Translations under genes and position numbers: made by a program
Notes under the pieces: generated by a model
What the model saw: the letters and a program-made list of their open reading frames with translations, nothing else
The model's database searches: none
Told to the model about the DNA's origin: nothing
NCBI GenBank assembly: GCA_965240325.2
Contig: OZ251247.1
Location: 496,001-560,000, forward strand
Length of the DNA: 64,000 nt
Direction of reading: 5' to 3'
From: Rebecca billardiae RCC1528
Lineage: Eukaryota; Protista; Haptophyta
Part shown: in pieces, positions 1-11,737 of the stretch
How the letters are laid out: each line of letters opens with the position of its first letter
How positions within the stretch are numbered: position 1 is the first letter of the stretch

Positions 1-1
1 G

Positions 2-679
2 GCGGCGCAGCGAGCACGGCCCAGGGGCGGGGTTAGGGTTAGGGTTAGGGTTAGGCCCCGGGGCGGGGGCGGGCGGCGCGCCACCCGCCGACGGCGGCGG
101 CTGCGGCGGCGCGAGCGCGGCGGTGGCGATGCTGCCGCCCCGCTCCCCCGCTGCGGCGGCGGCGGCGGCGGGCGCGCCCCCGCCCGGCCAAAGCGGCGGC
201 GCAGCGGCGGCGGCGGAGGCGGCGGCGGCGCGGCCGCCCGCGCACTCGCGCGGTCGGCTGAGCGCTAGGAATGGCGGAACTGCGGCGTCTGCGTCGCGCG
301 GCGCGCCGCCGCTCGGCCGCGCGAGCGCCTCCGAGGCGCGCAGCGGCGGCGAGAGCGGCGTCTGCGAGCGGAACGGGCTGCTGCCGTGGCCGTTACTCAA
401 AACGTTACAGCCGCTGTTGCCACCGGCGCCGCCGCCGGCGGCGGCGCGGGCGGCGGAGGCGGCGACGCGGTGCGGCGCGGCGGCGGCGGTGCCGCCGCCG
501 CCCGTCGGGATGGCGATGGGGTGCGGCGGCGGCACGCCGATGGGCATCGAGCCCGCGGGCGCGCCACCGTCGCTCGGCGCCGAGCCGCCGCCGCCGCCGC
601 CGCCGCCGTCAGCGCGCGACGCGTCGCCACTGACTGGAGCGGACGGCGGCGGCGCGGCGGTTGGAGCTCTGTGCAGCAT
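2..679 (-). CDS. 5' part of a Pro/Ala/Gly-rich protein (MLHRAPTAAPPPSAPVSGD...), running off the left edge of the window
   Basis: gccATG at 679-677 opens a frame with no stop down to position 2, so it is absent from the ORF track. Probable 5'-UTR intron 909-767 (GTGCGC...CTCAG on minus). CCAAT words near 1125 and 1218. No recognisable domain in the visible part. Confidence 0.55.
   Translation of the reverse strand, partial: MLHRAPTAAPPPSAPVSGDASRADGGGGGGGGSAPSDGGAPAGSMPIGVPPPHPIAIPTGGGGTAAAAPHRVAASAARAAAGGGAGGNSGCNVLSNGHGSSPFRSQTPLSPPLRASEALARPSGGAPRDADAAVPPFLALSRPRECAGGRAAAASAAAAAPPLWPGGGAPAAAAAAAGERGGSIATAALAPPQPPPSAGGAPPAPAPGPNPNPNPNPAPGPCSLRR
32..55 (+). repeat. Short interstitial (TTAGGG)4 tract
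   Basis: gttagggttagggttagggttagg read directly. Similar words occur in introns near 4708-4724. Confidence 0.85.
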
Positions 680-1309
680 GGCTGCCGTCCGCCGGGTGTG
701 GGGCGTGCCCGCTGTCGGCGCGAGGCAGAGCGCACGCGGCGGTGCGCCTGCCTCCGCCGGGTGAGCCTGAGCGCACGCGCGCGCGCGCGCGCGCGCACGG
801 CGCGCGAACACCCCGGCGGGCGCGTGAGCCGACGCGCCACAGCGGGCGGCGCGCGCCGGCCGCGGGCTCGCGGCGCGGGCGGCGGGGCGCGGGCGCGCGC
901 GGCGCGCACCTCCCCGCGTGCGGAGGGCTGCGCCGAGTCTCCCGTGCCCCGTGCGCGCGTCGGCGCGCGCTCGGCCGGGGCGGCTGGCCGGCAGCGCGGC
1001 GGTGCGGCCGCGCGCGGTGGGGCGGCGGCGTTGCCGCTGCTGGGGCTCTGCTTGCGAGCGGCCGGGGCGCTCTTCGCCTGGGCGAGGCTGGGGCGGCGCC
1101 TGTGCCACCGCCTGCGCGCGCGGGCCAATCAGCGGCCATCACGGCGCGGTGCGCCTCAATAGGGGGCCGTTCCGCGTGGTCAATAGCTGCGCCTAGTGCG
1201 CGGTCTCATCAGCGCAGCCAATCGGGGTGCGCGGTTGCGGCCGCGCACTACCGCGCCGAAACCGCCGGGTACGTCGACCGTCCAAAGGCCCACGGGCGCG
1301 GCGGCCTTC

Positions 1310-1672
1310 TCACGCTTTCTCAAATGATCTTGCTGGCGGCCAAAGCTCGCAGAGACTTCTCTCGCCGCCGCGCCTTCCCTTCCGCACGATGGCGGCGGGC
1401 GCGTGGCGGCTCTCGGCTCGGCTGGCCTTCCCTTCGCCCGCGCGAGCGGCACCTGCGCGGGCGGCGCCCGGCAGGGATGCGTCGTACGCGCTCTTCCGGG
1501 CAGGCTGCGCACGCGCGGCGCGCCGCCCAGTCGCTGCACGGCCCGGACGGCGCAAGGCGGCCGCTTTCAGACTCGCGGCTGTAGATGCGGCGGCGGCTCC
1601 GACGGAGGCCGCGGCGGCGATGGGACCGTCGCGTGCCACGCCACGCTGCCGCCCTGCAACGGGCGCTACCAT
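1310..1672 (-). CDS. Possible small basic hypothetical protein (MVAPVAGRQR...ELWPPARSFEKA)
   Basis: ATG-started 120-codon ORF between two promoter-like regions. No domain; could be a GC artefact. Confidence 0.2.
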   Translation of the reverse strand: MVAPVAGRQRGVARDGPIAAAASVGAAAASTAASLKAAALRRPGRAATGRRAARAQPARKSAYDASLPGAARAGAARAGEGKASRAESRHAPAAIVRKGRRGGERSLCELWPPARSFEKA

Positions 1673-2159
1673 GCGCGTCACCTCCGAGCGTGCGCGCCCG
1701 GCGGCCACCCAGACGTCGATCGCGCCGCGTCGAGGAGCCAGCGCCGAGACGGCGCGCGACAGCACGGCCGCGCCTGCCGCCGAGAAGAAAACAATTCGTG
1801 CGCGCGATAAAGTGTCTTCAAAAGCGAGCCGGGGTGAAAAAATCGGACAGCAGCAGAACTCTCGCGCTCGCCGCGCGCGCGCCCGAGCGCGCAGCCGGGG
1901 GCTGGCTGGACCGCACACGCACGCGCGTGCCAGCGACGCGCCGCGCGAGCGCACGGCTCGGCGCGCGGGGAGCAGCCGACCGGGCGAGAGGGGGCGCCCC
2001 GCCGGGCGCACGCCACCTCGCACGCCCGCCGAGGCCGCGCCGCCCGCCGCCTCGCCACCGCCGCGGCCGCGCCGCCGGCCGCGCCGCCGCCGCGCTCGCT
2101 TCAGCCAGCAAGCGTCGCGCGACACCGCGCGCGCGCGCGCGCGCCGTCGGCCCGGCGCG

Positions 2160-5100
2160 ATGGACGTGGTCTGTCGCCCGGACATCCCGTGCTTCTGCCG
2201 CCCGCTCACCACGCCCGAGCTCCTCGCCGAGCACGTCGTGCTGGGCGCGGTGCGCGCGGCGCGCACCGCGGCGCGCGCGCGATCGTTGCGTCGCGCGCGC
2301 CGCCGCCGCGCACCGCCGTGCGCCGCGGCGGCGGCGCGGCGGGGCGTGCGCTGGGTGCGAGGCCGGGGCACTGCGCGTTTTGGGTGGCCGTGCCGCCCAA
2401 CCGCCGCCGCCGCGCGCCGCTCACGCGCCGCACGCACGCACGCGCGCGCGCTCGCGCGCACGCGCGCCGCGCACCCGGGGCCGGGCTGGCGGCGATGTGC
2501 GCGCGCGGCGGCATCGTGCCGCGTGCAGGTGCAACTGGCCAAGGCGGCGCTGCTCACCGCGTGGCTGCACGTGCAGCAGGTGCGAGCGAGCGCGCGCGCG
2601 CGCGACACCCGCCGCCGCCGCGCGCACGCGCCGCCGCGCCCGCGCCGCGCCCTGCCGCCGCGCGCGCGCGCGCGCGCCCGCCGCCACACCGCCGCCCCGC
2701 GCGGCCGGACCCACCGACGGCGCTCGCGCTCGCGCGCGCGCGCGCGCGGCGCAGGGCACGCAAATCGGCCTCTCCTTCGCCTCGATGCGCGGCTCCGCCG
2801 GCCGCCTCGGCCGTTACAACTCCGCGACCGGCAGCTTTGGCTCGTTCAGCTCGCTGCAGGGCGTAACGGCCGCGGGCGTAACGGCCGCGGGCGCGCTCGG
2901 CGGCGTGGGCAAAGGGGGCGACGGCACCCCGCCTGCGGCGGACACGCTGCACCCCACCTGGCGCCCGCACCCGCGCGGCGTGGGCGGCGTCGCGCAGCTC
3001 GTCCGCTCGATCCAGCAGGCGGCGGCCGCGCGCGCGCCGCGCCGCGCGCGCTTTGTGCTGCCGGTGCGTTGCGGCGGGGGGGGGGGGAGGGGGGCGGTGG
3101 TGGTTGGGGGGTGGTGGGGTGCTGGCTGCGCGCGTGGGTGGGGGGCTGGTGGTGCTGGCGGCGCTGGCGGGCGGCTGCGTGCGGGCGAGGGCAGGGGCGG
3201 GGCGGACACCCCTGCGCGCGGCGCCATGCGCACACAGCAGCTGACCCCGGCTGCTGCTGCGCACGTGCGCGTCGCCCCTCCGCCCCCGCACGCCTACCCG
3301 TGCGACCCCTCCTCACGCGCACCCCCGCACCCCCACCCCCTCCGCCCCGCCCCCACGCGCCGCCAGGTGTACCACCGCTTCCTCACCATCGAGGCGTGGC
3401 AGTGCTGCGTGTGGGGCCTGTTCTACCTCACGCAGTCGTACTATGACTGGAGCGCGGACGGGCGCGCGCTCGTAACCGTCCTCTTCCAGCTGGTGCGGTA
3501 CATCTCGTCGTTCACGATGGCGGTCTCGGGTGCGTGTGCGCGGGGGGTGGGGTTAGGAGTAGGGGTGTACGGGTGTGTTGTGGTGGTAGGTGGTGTGGCT
3601 AGGGTTGGGGTATGTATAGGCGTGGGTGGTCTCTGGTGTGCACGCACCCTCGGCTGGCACGCGCTCACGCCCCCGCCCGCGCCCGCCACCCCTGCCGCTG
3701 CCGCCACCACCTCCGTGCCCCCTCCGCACTGCGCAGGCGAGGGCGTCTTCTTCTTCCTCGCGTGCCGCTCCGCCTCGACGCACACGCTGGTCTCGTGCAT
3801 CACCGCCGCGGTCGCGTGGGCGTGCGTGCTCACCACCGCCTCCGCCCTACTGTTCCTCTGGTGGGCGGGGTGCACGCCCCTCCCCACCGGCGGGTACGCG
3901 CAGATGCTGTGGATCGCGGGCTGGTTCCCCTACTGGCTCCGGCTGATCGTGATGCCGGCGCTGTACACGCTGGCCATCGTGTGGCTGCTCGTGACGCGGC
4001 CGAGGCTCGCGTGGGAGCGCGGCGCGCTGCTGCTCGCCGTGTTCAACGTGTGCTCAGCCGGCACCTTTGTGCTCACCAAGGGTGAGCGCGCGCGCGCGCA
4101 GCGCTGCGGCGGCGGTGGCGGCACCGCGCGTGCGCGTGTGCGCGTGTGCGCGTGTGCGCGTGCGGGTGGCGGCAGCAGCAGCAGCACACCGCTCGCGCCG
4201 CCGCTCGCCGCCCGGCGGGCGGTGTGCAGCTCGCTGCCTTTTTGTTTGGTTTCCGTCTCTGCCCTCGTGGCGTGCTTTTCCTTTGGATGATGATGTCTTG
4301 AGTTGCTCCCGCCCGCCCCATCCACACCCACCCACCCCTCCCTCCCCCGCTGCCGCGCAGTGTACTTCGGCGTGCTGATGCCGTTCCGAGTGCAGCTGCA
4401 GGACGCCATTGCCACGCCGCTGCTCTGGGTGGTCTACGTCCCGTTCTTAATCTGGGTGCTGCAGCGGGACTCTGGGTACTGGGCGCGCGCGGGCTTCATG
4501 GCTTGTATCGTGGAGGAGGGCGGCAACACCATCTCCGAGCTGCGGGTGTGTGCGCTGCGTGCGCTGCGTGCGTGCGTGCGTGCGCGTGCGCCATGGGGCC
4601 GGGCTGCAGGGGCGGGGGCGGGGGGCGCGTGTGTGCGCATGGGTGTGTGCGCGCGCGGGGCGGCCAGGGCCGTCGTCCGGCCGGCCGGCCGTTGGCGCAG
4701 TGCAGGCTAGGGTTAGGGTTAGGGTGGCCGGCCGTGTGTGCTCGGTGCAGGGCGGCCGGGGGCCACCGGGCGCGGCCTCGGCGGCAGCGGCGCGCCGCCG
4801 CGCCCGGCCGCCCTGCGCGCGCCGCCGCTCACGCGCGCACTCCGTCGCCTCCCACACACGCACGTACGCACACACGCGCACACGCCCGCCCCCACCGCCG
4901 CAGTCCGCGCGCTACGAGGCCTGCCAGCGCACGCCCCTCACAGGCGTCACCACTACGGCCGCGCTCGCCGCGCGCCGCGGCGCGCCGCCGGGCGGCGCCG
5001 CGGGCCGGCCGCGCGCGCGCTCGGTGGCGGGCGGCGGCGAGGGCGGCGAGGGCGCGGGCGCGGGCCTGCGCGCGCCGCTGCTCGGCGCCGACGCCGCCGA

Positions 5101-7726
5101 CGCCGCCGCGCCCGCCGACGCCGACGCCGACGGCGGAGACGAGAGCAGCGGCAGCGGCCGCGGCGCCTCCGGCGCGCGCCGCGGCGCGGCGGGCCGCGGC
5201 CTCGGCGCGCGCCGTGCGACCGCGCCGCCCTCGAGCTCGTCCGCGGCGGACGCCGCCGCCGCGCGCGACAGCGGCGGCGGCGCCGCGGACGAGGCGGACG
5301 AGCACGACGCGCGCTTCGTCATCGTGAACCCGGCGCACATCAAGTGGGGGCGGACGATCGGGCGCGGCGCGTCGTCGACCGTTTCATCGGCCGTTTTATA
5401 CGGCCACCACGTGGCGGTGAAGGAGCTGCGCATCTCGTATCTGACGATGGAGTTTGCGACGGCGTTCCTCGCGGAGGCGGAGTTCCTCTCGCGCTGCCGC
5501 CACCCCAACATCGTCGCCTTCATCGGCGGATGCGTCTCGCCGCCAAAGGCGCGCGCGCCGCGCGGCGCCGCCGCCCTTCTTTTCTTTTGCTTTTGCCTTT
5601 CTTTCCTTTTTTCCTTTCCCTCTTCTTCTTCCGCGGTGCAAAGGAGCTCGGGAGAAGAACAGCCCGCGGCGCGCGCGGCCTCGCGCTCACGCGCGCGCCG
5701 CCGCCCTCCCAACGCCGCCCGCACGCACACACGCGCACGCCCGCACACACGCGCACGCGCGCGCGCAGGTGGCGCTGATCATGGAGCTGTGCCGCACCTC
5801 CGTCCACTCGCTCATCCACTGCCGCCGCACGCGCGCGCTGGTGCTCGGGGCAGCGGGCTTCCCCGGGCTGGCGCCCTCGGCGGCGGCGGGGCTGGGCGGG
5901 AGTTTTGGCGGCGCGGGTGGGGGGGTGGGGGGTGGGGTGGTGGCGCCGCCGCGGCCGCCGGGCCCCGCGCCCGGCGGCGCCACGCCCGCCCCCGGCCTCG
6001 CGCGCGGCGGCTCCCTCGGCGCGCCTCCGCCCAACGCGCCGCCGCCGCCCCCCCCGCCGCCCGGCGCCGTGCCGTCGTGCGGCACGCCGCCGCCGACGCC
6101 GAGCGGCGCGGCCGCGGCGGCGCGCGGCGGCGGCGGCGCGTGCGGCGGGTACGCCGCCGCGCGCGGCGCGCCCGGCTGCGTGCCGCCGCCGCCGCCGCCC
6201 GGACTCGTCGCCGGACCCGCCGGACCGGCGCTCCCCGGGCTGCCGACGGAGCTCATCTGTGCGCGCGCGCGCGCTCACTGCGACACCGGCGCGCGCCCAC
6301 CGCGACACCGGCCCCACGGTCGCACGCTGCGCACCGCGCCGCGCACCGCGCCCGCCCCCGCGCCCCGCGCGCTCACTCCCGCGCCCCGCCTCCCTCCCCA
6401 ACCCTACCCCCCAACCCTACCCCCACCCCCCGCGCAGGCGCGTACCTGGACGACATCATCGGCGGGATGACGTTCCTGCACTCGACGATGGGAATCGTGC
6501 ACGGCGACCTCAAGCCCCTCAACATGCTGCTCAAGCACGGTGCGCAGCCCTACACCCCAACCCTACACCCGTACCCTACCCCCTGGGCACGACACCCACC
6601 TGCACACGCGCCCACGCACACGCCGACACCGTGCCCACCCTCGCCCGAACCGTGTGTCGTGCGTGTGCGTGCCCCCCCGCGCGCGCGCGTGCGCGCGTGC
6701 CGCGCGCCGCAGGCCGCATCAAGCTGTGCGACTTTGGCTGTGCGTCCACACTGCGCACGGTGGTCTCAGTGCCGCCCGGCACGGTCCCGGGCGGCGGCGG
6801 CTCGGGCGACAGCGCCGGCGGCCCCTCCTCCGCCGGAGCAGCAGCCACCGCCGGGTCCTCCCCCGCCGGCGCCGCCGACCCCCCCGAGCCGCACACCGAG
6901 CTGGTCGCCGCCGCGGCCGCGCGCTATGTGGGTACTTTGCCCTATTGTGCGCCCGAGGTGATTGAGACGCCGTACCGGCTGCTGCCGCCCGCGGACGTGT
7001 ACTCGCTGGGCGTGGCGCTGTGGGAGATGTGCACAGGTGCGCCGGCGCTGGTGGCGGCGGGGGGGGGGGGGCGGGGCGATGGGGCGGGCAGGAGGCGTTG
7101 GGGGTTGGCGGCGGGGCGGCGGGGCGCGCGGCGCGCCGCCGAGGCCGCGGCGCAGCGGCGCGGAGGGCGGCGCGCGCGCGGCGCGCGGCGCGGCGGCGCC
7201 TCGCCGCACGCCACGCGCCGAGACGGCCCGCGCCTCCCTCACTACCCTACTCCGATTTACCCGCATGTCCCCGCAGGCTGCTACCCGTGGGAGGAGCTGC
7301 TGGCGCAGGGGCGCCTCAAGGAGCTCAAGCAACGGGTCGCCACTTTCGCGGAGCGGTGCGCGCGCGCACGCACACTCAGCCGCGCGCACACGCACACACC
7401 GCTGCGCCAAGGCCGGCTGACTCGGCGTCGCCGCGCCCTGCAGCCCTGGCACGGCGACGGCGCGTCGCGCCGCGCGCGCGGCACCCGCGCCCGCCCCGCC
7501 GCCTCACCCGCCCTCCTCCCCCCTCCCCCGCCCCGCACGCACGCACAGCCCAAACGCGCAGTCGTGCCCGCCGCCGCTGCAGACGCTGATGAAGGCGTGC
7601 TGGGCGCAGGCGCCGTCCGCGCGGCCCGCGTTCGACGAGCTCGCGCGCATCGAGATGGGCAGCCTGTGCACGTCCGTCGCGACGCTGCACCAGCTGCACC
7701 TCGCCGTGTGGAAGCGGTGCAAGTGA
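2160..7726 (+). CDS. Seven-transmembrane (GPCR-like) receptor fused to a TKL-type protein kinase, 12 exons, about 986 aa
   Basis: Exons 2160-2249, 2529-2579, 2755-3063, 3367-3529, 3737-4081, 4361-4545, 4904-5548, 5769-6258, 6438-6539, 6713-7036, 7277-7355 and 7549-7726 join in phase (2961 nt). About 7 hydrophobic segments end in LQRDSGYW. Kinase motifs follow: IGRGASSTV, VAVKEL, HPNIVAFIG, LIMELC, HGDLKPLN, KLCDFG, GTLPYCAPE, DVYSLGVALWEM, CWAQAPSARPAF. Confidence 0.9.
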
Positions 7727-7951
7727 GTCCGGGAGCGTCGGCCGCCCCGCGGCCGGGCCGGGCGGGTGGGCCGGGCAACGCGTCAGATCATAATCATCAT
7801 ATATCTCGGGCCGAGTGCCCCACCGCCAGCTGGCGCTGCTGCGCCGCCAGCCAGCCCTGATGAGGCGGTGCCGGGCGTGTGCCGGGGCATCAGCCCGCAT
7901 GCATCAGCACCTCGAGTCGGACGGTGCAGGCTGCGCCGCCCCCGTAGTAGG

Positions 7952-9681
7952 TAGGGGGGCCAAAGTGGCACTGTAGCGTTACTGACGGCCACGAGCGCGG
8001 GTCCTAGCGAGTGTTTAGAGCTGATGATTAGTCGGGCTGGATCATTTGCCCTCTGGAGGGGTCTGGGCCGGCCATGTAAAAAAATCAGGTGCACATACCC
8101 TGAATATAGGGCGTAACGGCTAGCATATTTACTTATATTAGAATGAGCCTGAACTTATTGGAAACGGTATGTAACGGTCGTCCTATATGTGACATATAGA
8201 CCATGTCGACCTCACTTTGATAGAGCATCTCAGCGAGATCGATCTGAGTCCCCAGCAGCAGCAGGTCCCAACATGCGATATAGGGCTAGGCTGTGTACTG
8301 GCAGGCTGTCAAATATGTAGTTTCCTAGAAGCCACCGATCGTTACATACCCACTGTGTATATAGGCGCCATGCTGATGAATACAGCCTCGTCTGATCTCG
8401 AGCTGCGAGATACGTTTTCAGACTGTGTATACAGCCACGCGTACGGCGTATTGCAGACATAGTAGACCCAAAGCACCGGCCCCACGTCCTTAGCCCGGGA
8501 GTGCTCTCGGTCATAGTCAAGGTTTAAAGTGACTCGAGCCAACCGTCACCGCTCCCTGGCCGAGACCTACGAGGCAGGTCAAATCTGTCGTCGTCGCAGT
8601 GCGGCACAGTGCCGAGCATGCGATTCGGCAGCAAACGTCTGCTCCAGGCGGTGGCTGGCGTGTCTGCACCAAACCAGGCTGGATGGGATTGGTCCATATA
8701 GGTACGCACTACCCTGTTCCGCGCTATTTCTGGGCGTTGGGGCGGATATTCGGCCTACAGAGGCTGATCCGGCGCTGTTCGGCGCTCCTGGCTGGCTGCG
8801 CGGAGCCCACCGGCAAGCGCCGGCGTGTGCAAGGTGTCAAGATTGAGACGGTCTCTGACGCTCCCGCCGGTCTTGGGCGCACCAGGGTGCATGAGGGCCC
8901 ATCTGCATCTGCTTCTGCAGGCATGAGCGTCACAGGGGCGCGCTTGCAGGCACGGTCGAGTGCACGTCGGACCTGTCGAATGAGCCAACCGCTGCCTGCG
9001 AGCACGTCCGCGACGTCCTGAGAGGCGAATGGGAGGCGCCCAGACGCCATCAGAGGGCACACGTGACCCATACCCAACGTACTGACCATCGCAAGTGCCA
9101 CGGCAGGTGCAAACACGGGCCCTACAAGCGGAACATGACAGTTGCGAGCTCCGCGGAGGTGTTGCGCGCGAGCTCGCGCCGGTCTGCTGACGGCGATTCC
9201 GGCGCAGCAGGGCAGGTTAGGCGAGCTGGGCATCCACATACATACATGGGCACTTGGTGCGAGCATCGATCTCAACTGTGCGAGTTGATCATGAGCCACA
9301 CCGTGCGGTAGCGTGACGGGCGCACGCAGCGCGCCAATTCAAGCCGGCCGACGCGCGCCGCGCACGGCGCGAGATGGCCAAGAAGCGGGTGGTGAGCCGC
9401 TGGTGGCGCAAAGGCACGGGTCAGTAGCGCCCACCAGCGTCACGCGCGCGCGCACCCGAGACCATCTCGGCGTCTCAAAGGTCGCGAGCGCGCGGCGGTC
9501 CACTGCCTCCGGCCGCTCGCGCTGGAGCGGAACCGAGCTCTGAGCGTCCGAAGGCGTCGGAGCTCGATTTTCGAGCGGGGTCCGAGAAAAAGGCTCCGCG
9601 CCACCCTAAAAGGCCGAGGGCGGAGCGAAAATGCGACGCGACTTTGCTTTTCATTTTTAAATGGGCGGTTTGGCCCCCCTA
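7952..9681. mobile_element. Non-autonomous DNA transposon, 13-bp TIR TAGGGGGGCCAAA, 7-bp TSD TAGTAGG (hAT-like ends)
   Basis: taggggggccaaa at 7952 and tttggcccccct-a ending 9681. tagtagg at 7945-7951 and 9682-9688. Lower GC interior, no intact transposase. Confidence 0.85.
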
Positions 9682-9684
9682 TAG

Positions 9685-11485
9685 TAGGGGGTCCAAGCCA
9701 GCAGCCCACTGATTTGTGATATTTGACAACCATGCCATGTAGGCGTCTGCTGAGCGTGGCGCTTGCGGAGTCACCCTCAAATATGTCCCACAGCCCAGCC
9801 CAGCCGTCAGAAGCACTAAAAACCGACTCCGCGTGTTGTCGCGCGGTCGTGCGCGCGCGCAGCGGCGCCCGCTGTGTCACATAGAGATTCAGCCGAATGT
9901 TACCTACTTTTCATGGCAGCTAGATGACCATACGCGGTCGGACTTACTTATTGACAAGCGCTGCCCCCTATCCGAAGGAGTTTATGGTGAAAATACCGAA
10001 AAAGTGGGGCACTGTGCTGTGCGCGTAGACGTCCATGAAAAACTACTCCCAGATCGAGCACATTACCCACTTAATTATAGGAACGTACCCGCATATAAGA
10101 GCATATTTACCCACTGTATATCAAATGTGGTTACTTTTTAAATATTTATTCAAGTGCGTGCCTATACATGGGTACCTTGCTCACTACTTGCTGGGTCATC
10201 CGAATACGGAATACGGCGGCGCCGAGACGGCTCATGCTGCCACTGGACTCACATCAGTGAGCGCCGGCCCGCGAACGCGGGCCTGATGCCGGTGGCGGGC
10301 TGCACGTGCTGCGACACACGGCCAACTCCGCCACTGAACATGCCACCATCCCCGTATGAGAGTCCTCTCCGCCGTCGAGGCTGGCGTGCGCAGACTAGCT
10401 CGCCATGTGTGGCGGCTTCCTTGCCCGGTCTCAGGTGTCACCGGCACCGTCGCCGTTCGTCGTACACCAGCCCACGCGAGGCCGCCACCGGTCCACCTCT
10501 GCTGTGGCTACAGCGCCTGCAGTCGAGGCTGCTCCAGGTTACCTCTGACTCGGCGAGCTGCTCGGTAGCGAGCGTTGAGCTCTCTGCCTCTGCTGCCGCG
10601 CCCAGCGCGCACGCCTGCACCGAGCACCATGCAGTCCGCGCGCTGCTCCAAGACGGCCGCCAACAGTGGCGCCGGCACTCCCGAGACGAAGGCACGGTGC
10701 ACAGATGTGGCAGCGGCCATAGCGGAGCTTGGCGGCGCGCGTCTGCTCCGCAGCAAGCTTGACGTTCGTGACAAGGTGCACGCTCTTCGCCTCAGGGCAG
10801 CTCGGCTGCTGCATGCAGCCAAGCGGCACGCCAAGTGGCACAACAAACAAGCCGACGCGTGCCGGCTGGAGGTTCTGGCGGTACTACTGTGGGCTGGAAG
10901 ACAGGCCCCGCACGTACACAGGGTCGCCGAGCTTGCTTACCACCCACGACTGCCGCGCACTCCCGTTTGCGCACGAGCGGCCAGCGATCGCGCGAGTGCA
11001 TGCGCAGCGCGTGGGGAGGTGAGCACTGCACGCACCGGGCCAAGCGCCGGGGGGTGACTCATTCGCATCATGAACTGATGGAACCAGTAGGGAACCAGGG
11101 CGCAGCGTGCACGGTTCACCTGGAACCGGGGCTGCGTTGTCCGCGCTCATCCGGATGAGAGTTCGAACGGCGCGCAGAGCGGGGCTGTGAGGTTCAAGAT
11201 GTCCGGTGAGAGCGAGCTGCCAGCGATCATTTGGCCGAACGCTACCATGGTGGCCACCCTGACTCGCCCGCCCGCGCGCATCTGCCGCCAGAGCGCGCTC
11301 CGCCGCGCCGACGCGACGATGAAGTCCACCGCCCAGGCGTGCTGCTCGCCCGATCTCGGGCTCGACCGTGCTCTGAACGGCCGCGGCCCGTGCTGCCGCA
11401 ATTCGAGGCCAAAATGTTCGGAAATGCTCAGCGCGAAATCGGCCAGTCGATTTTCGATTTTAAATTCCGCGGCTTGGACCCCCTA
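9685..11485. mobile_element. Non-autonomous DNA transposon, 15-bp TIR TAGGGGGTCCAAGCC, 7-bp TSD CCCGTAG; its left end was the target of the previous element
   Basis: tagggggtccaagcc at 9685 and its reverse complement ending 11485. cccgtag at 7941-7947 and 11486-11492. Confidence 0.85.
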
Positions 11486-11737
11486 CCCGTAGCACGTCGC
11501 CTCCGTGATATGCACCGGCGGCAGAGCACGGTCACCGTGAGCCGCGCCCACTGCTTACTGCTGCTAGTGAGATACGGTCGTGGGTAGTTACGGTGCGTAG
11601 TATTCGCCGTAGTACATCATCACACTATACGGTGACGACGACTTGACGAGCAGTTGATTGCTGTTCAGCATCGATCAAGCTGACGACATCACTGGACGAC
11701 GAGTCCCCCGAGGAGTGTCGTAGTCAACGCCGCCCGC

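Noticed and set aside
32-55. True telomere
   Set aside because: Only four units, with ordinary sequence on both sides. The same words occur in introns.
5841-6251. Extra in-phase intron removing the kinase insert
   Set aside because: It would need a GAG acceptor and would delete LPTE, which aligns with the start of subdomain VIa. Not excluded without cDNA.
1227-7860. Long Arg/Ala-rich ORFs (739, 901, 803 and 651 aa) as single-exon genes
   Set aside because: They read through GC-rich introns lacking stops. The spliced model explains the real domains.
10575-11057. 160-aa ORF as a host gene
   Set aside because: It lies inside a TIR element, has a non-ATG start and no recognisable domain. At most a captured or decayed fragment.
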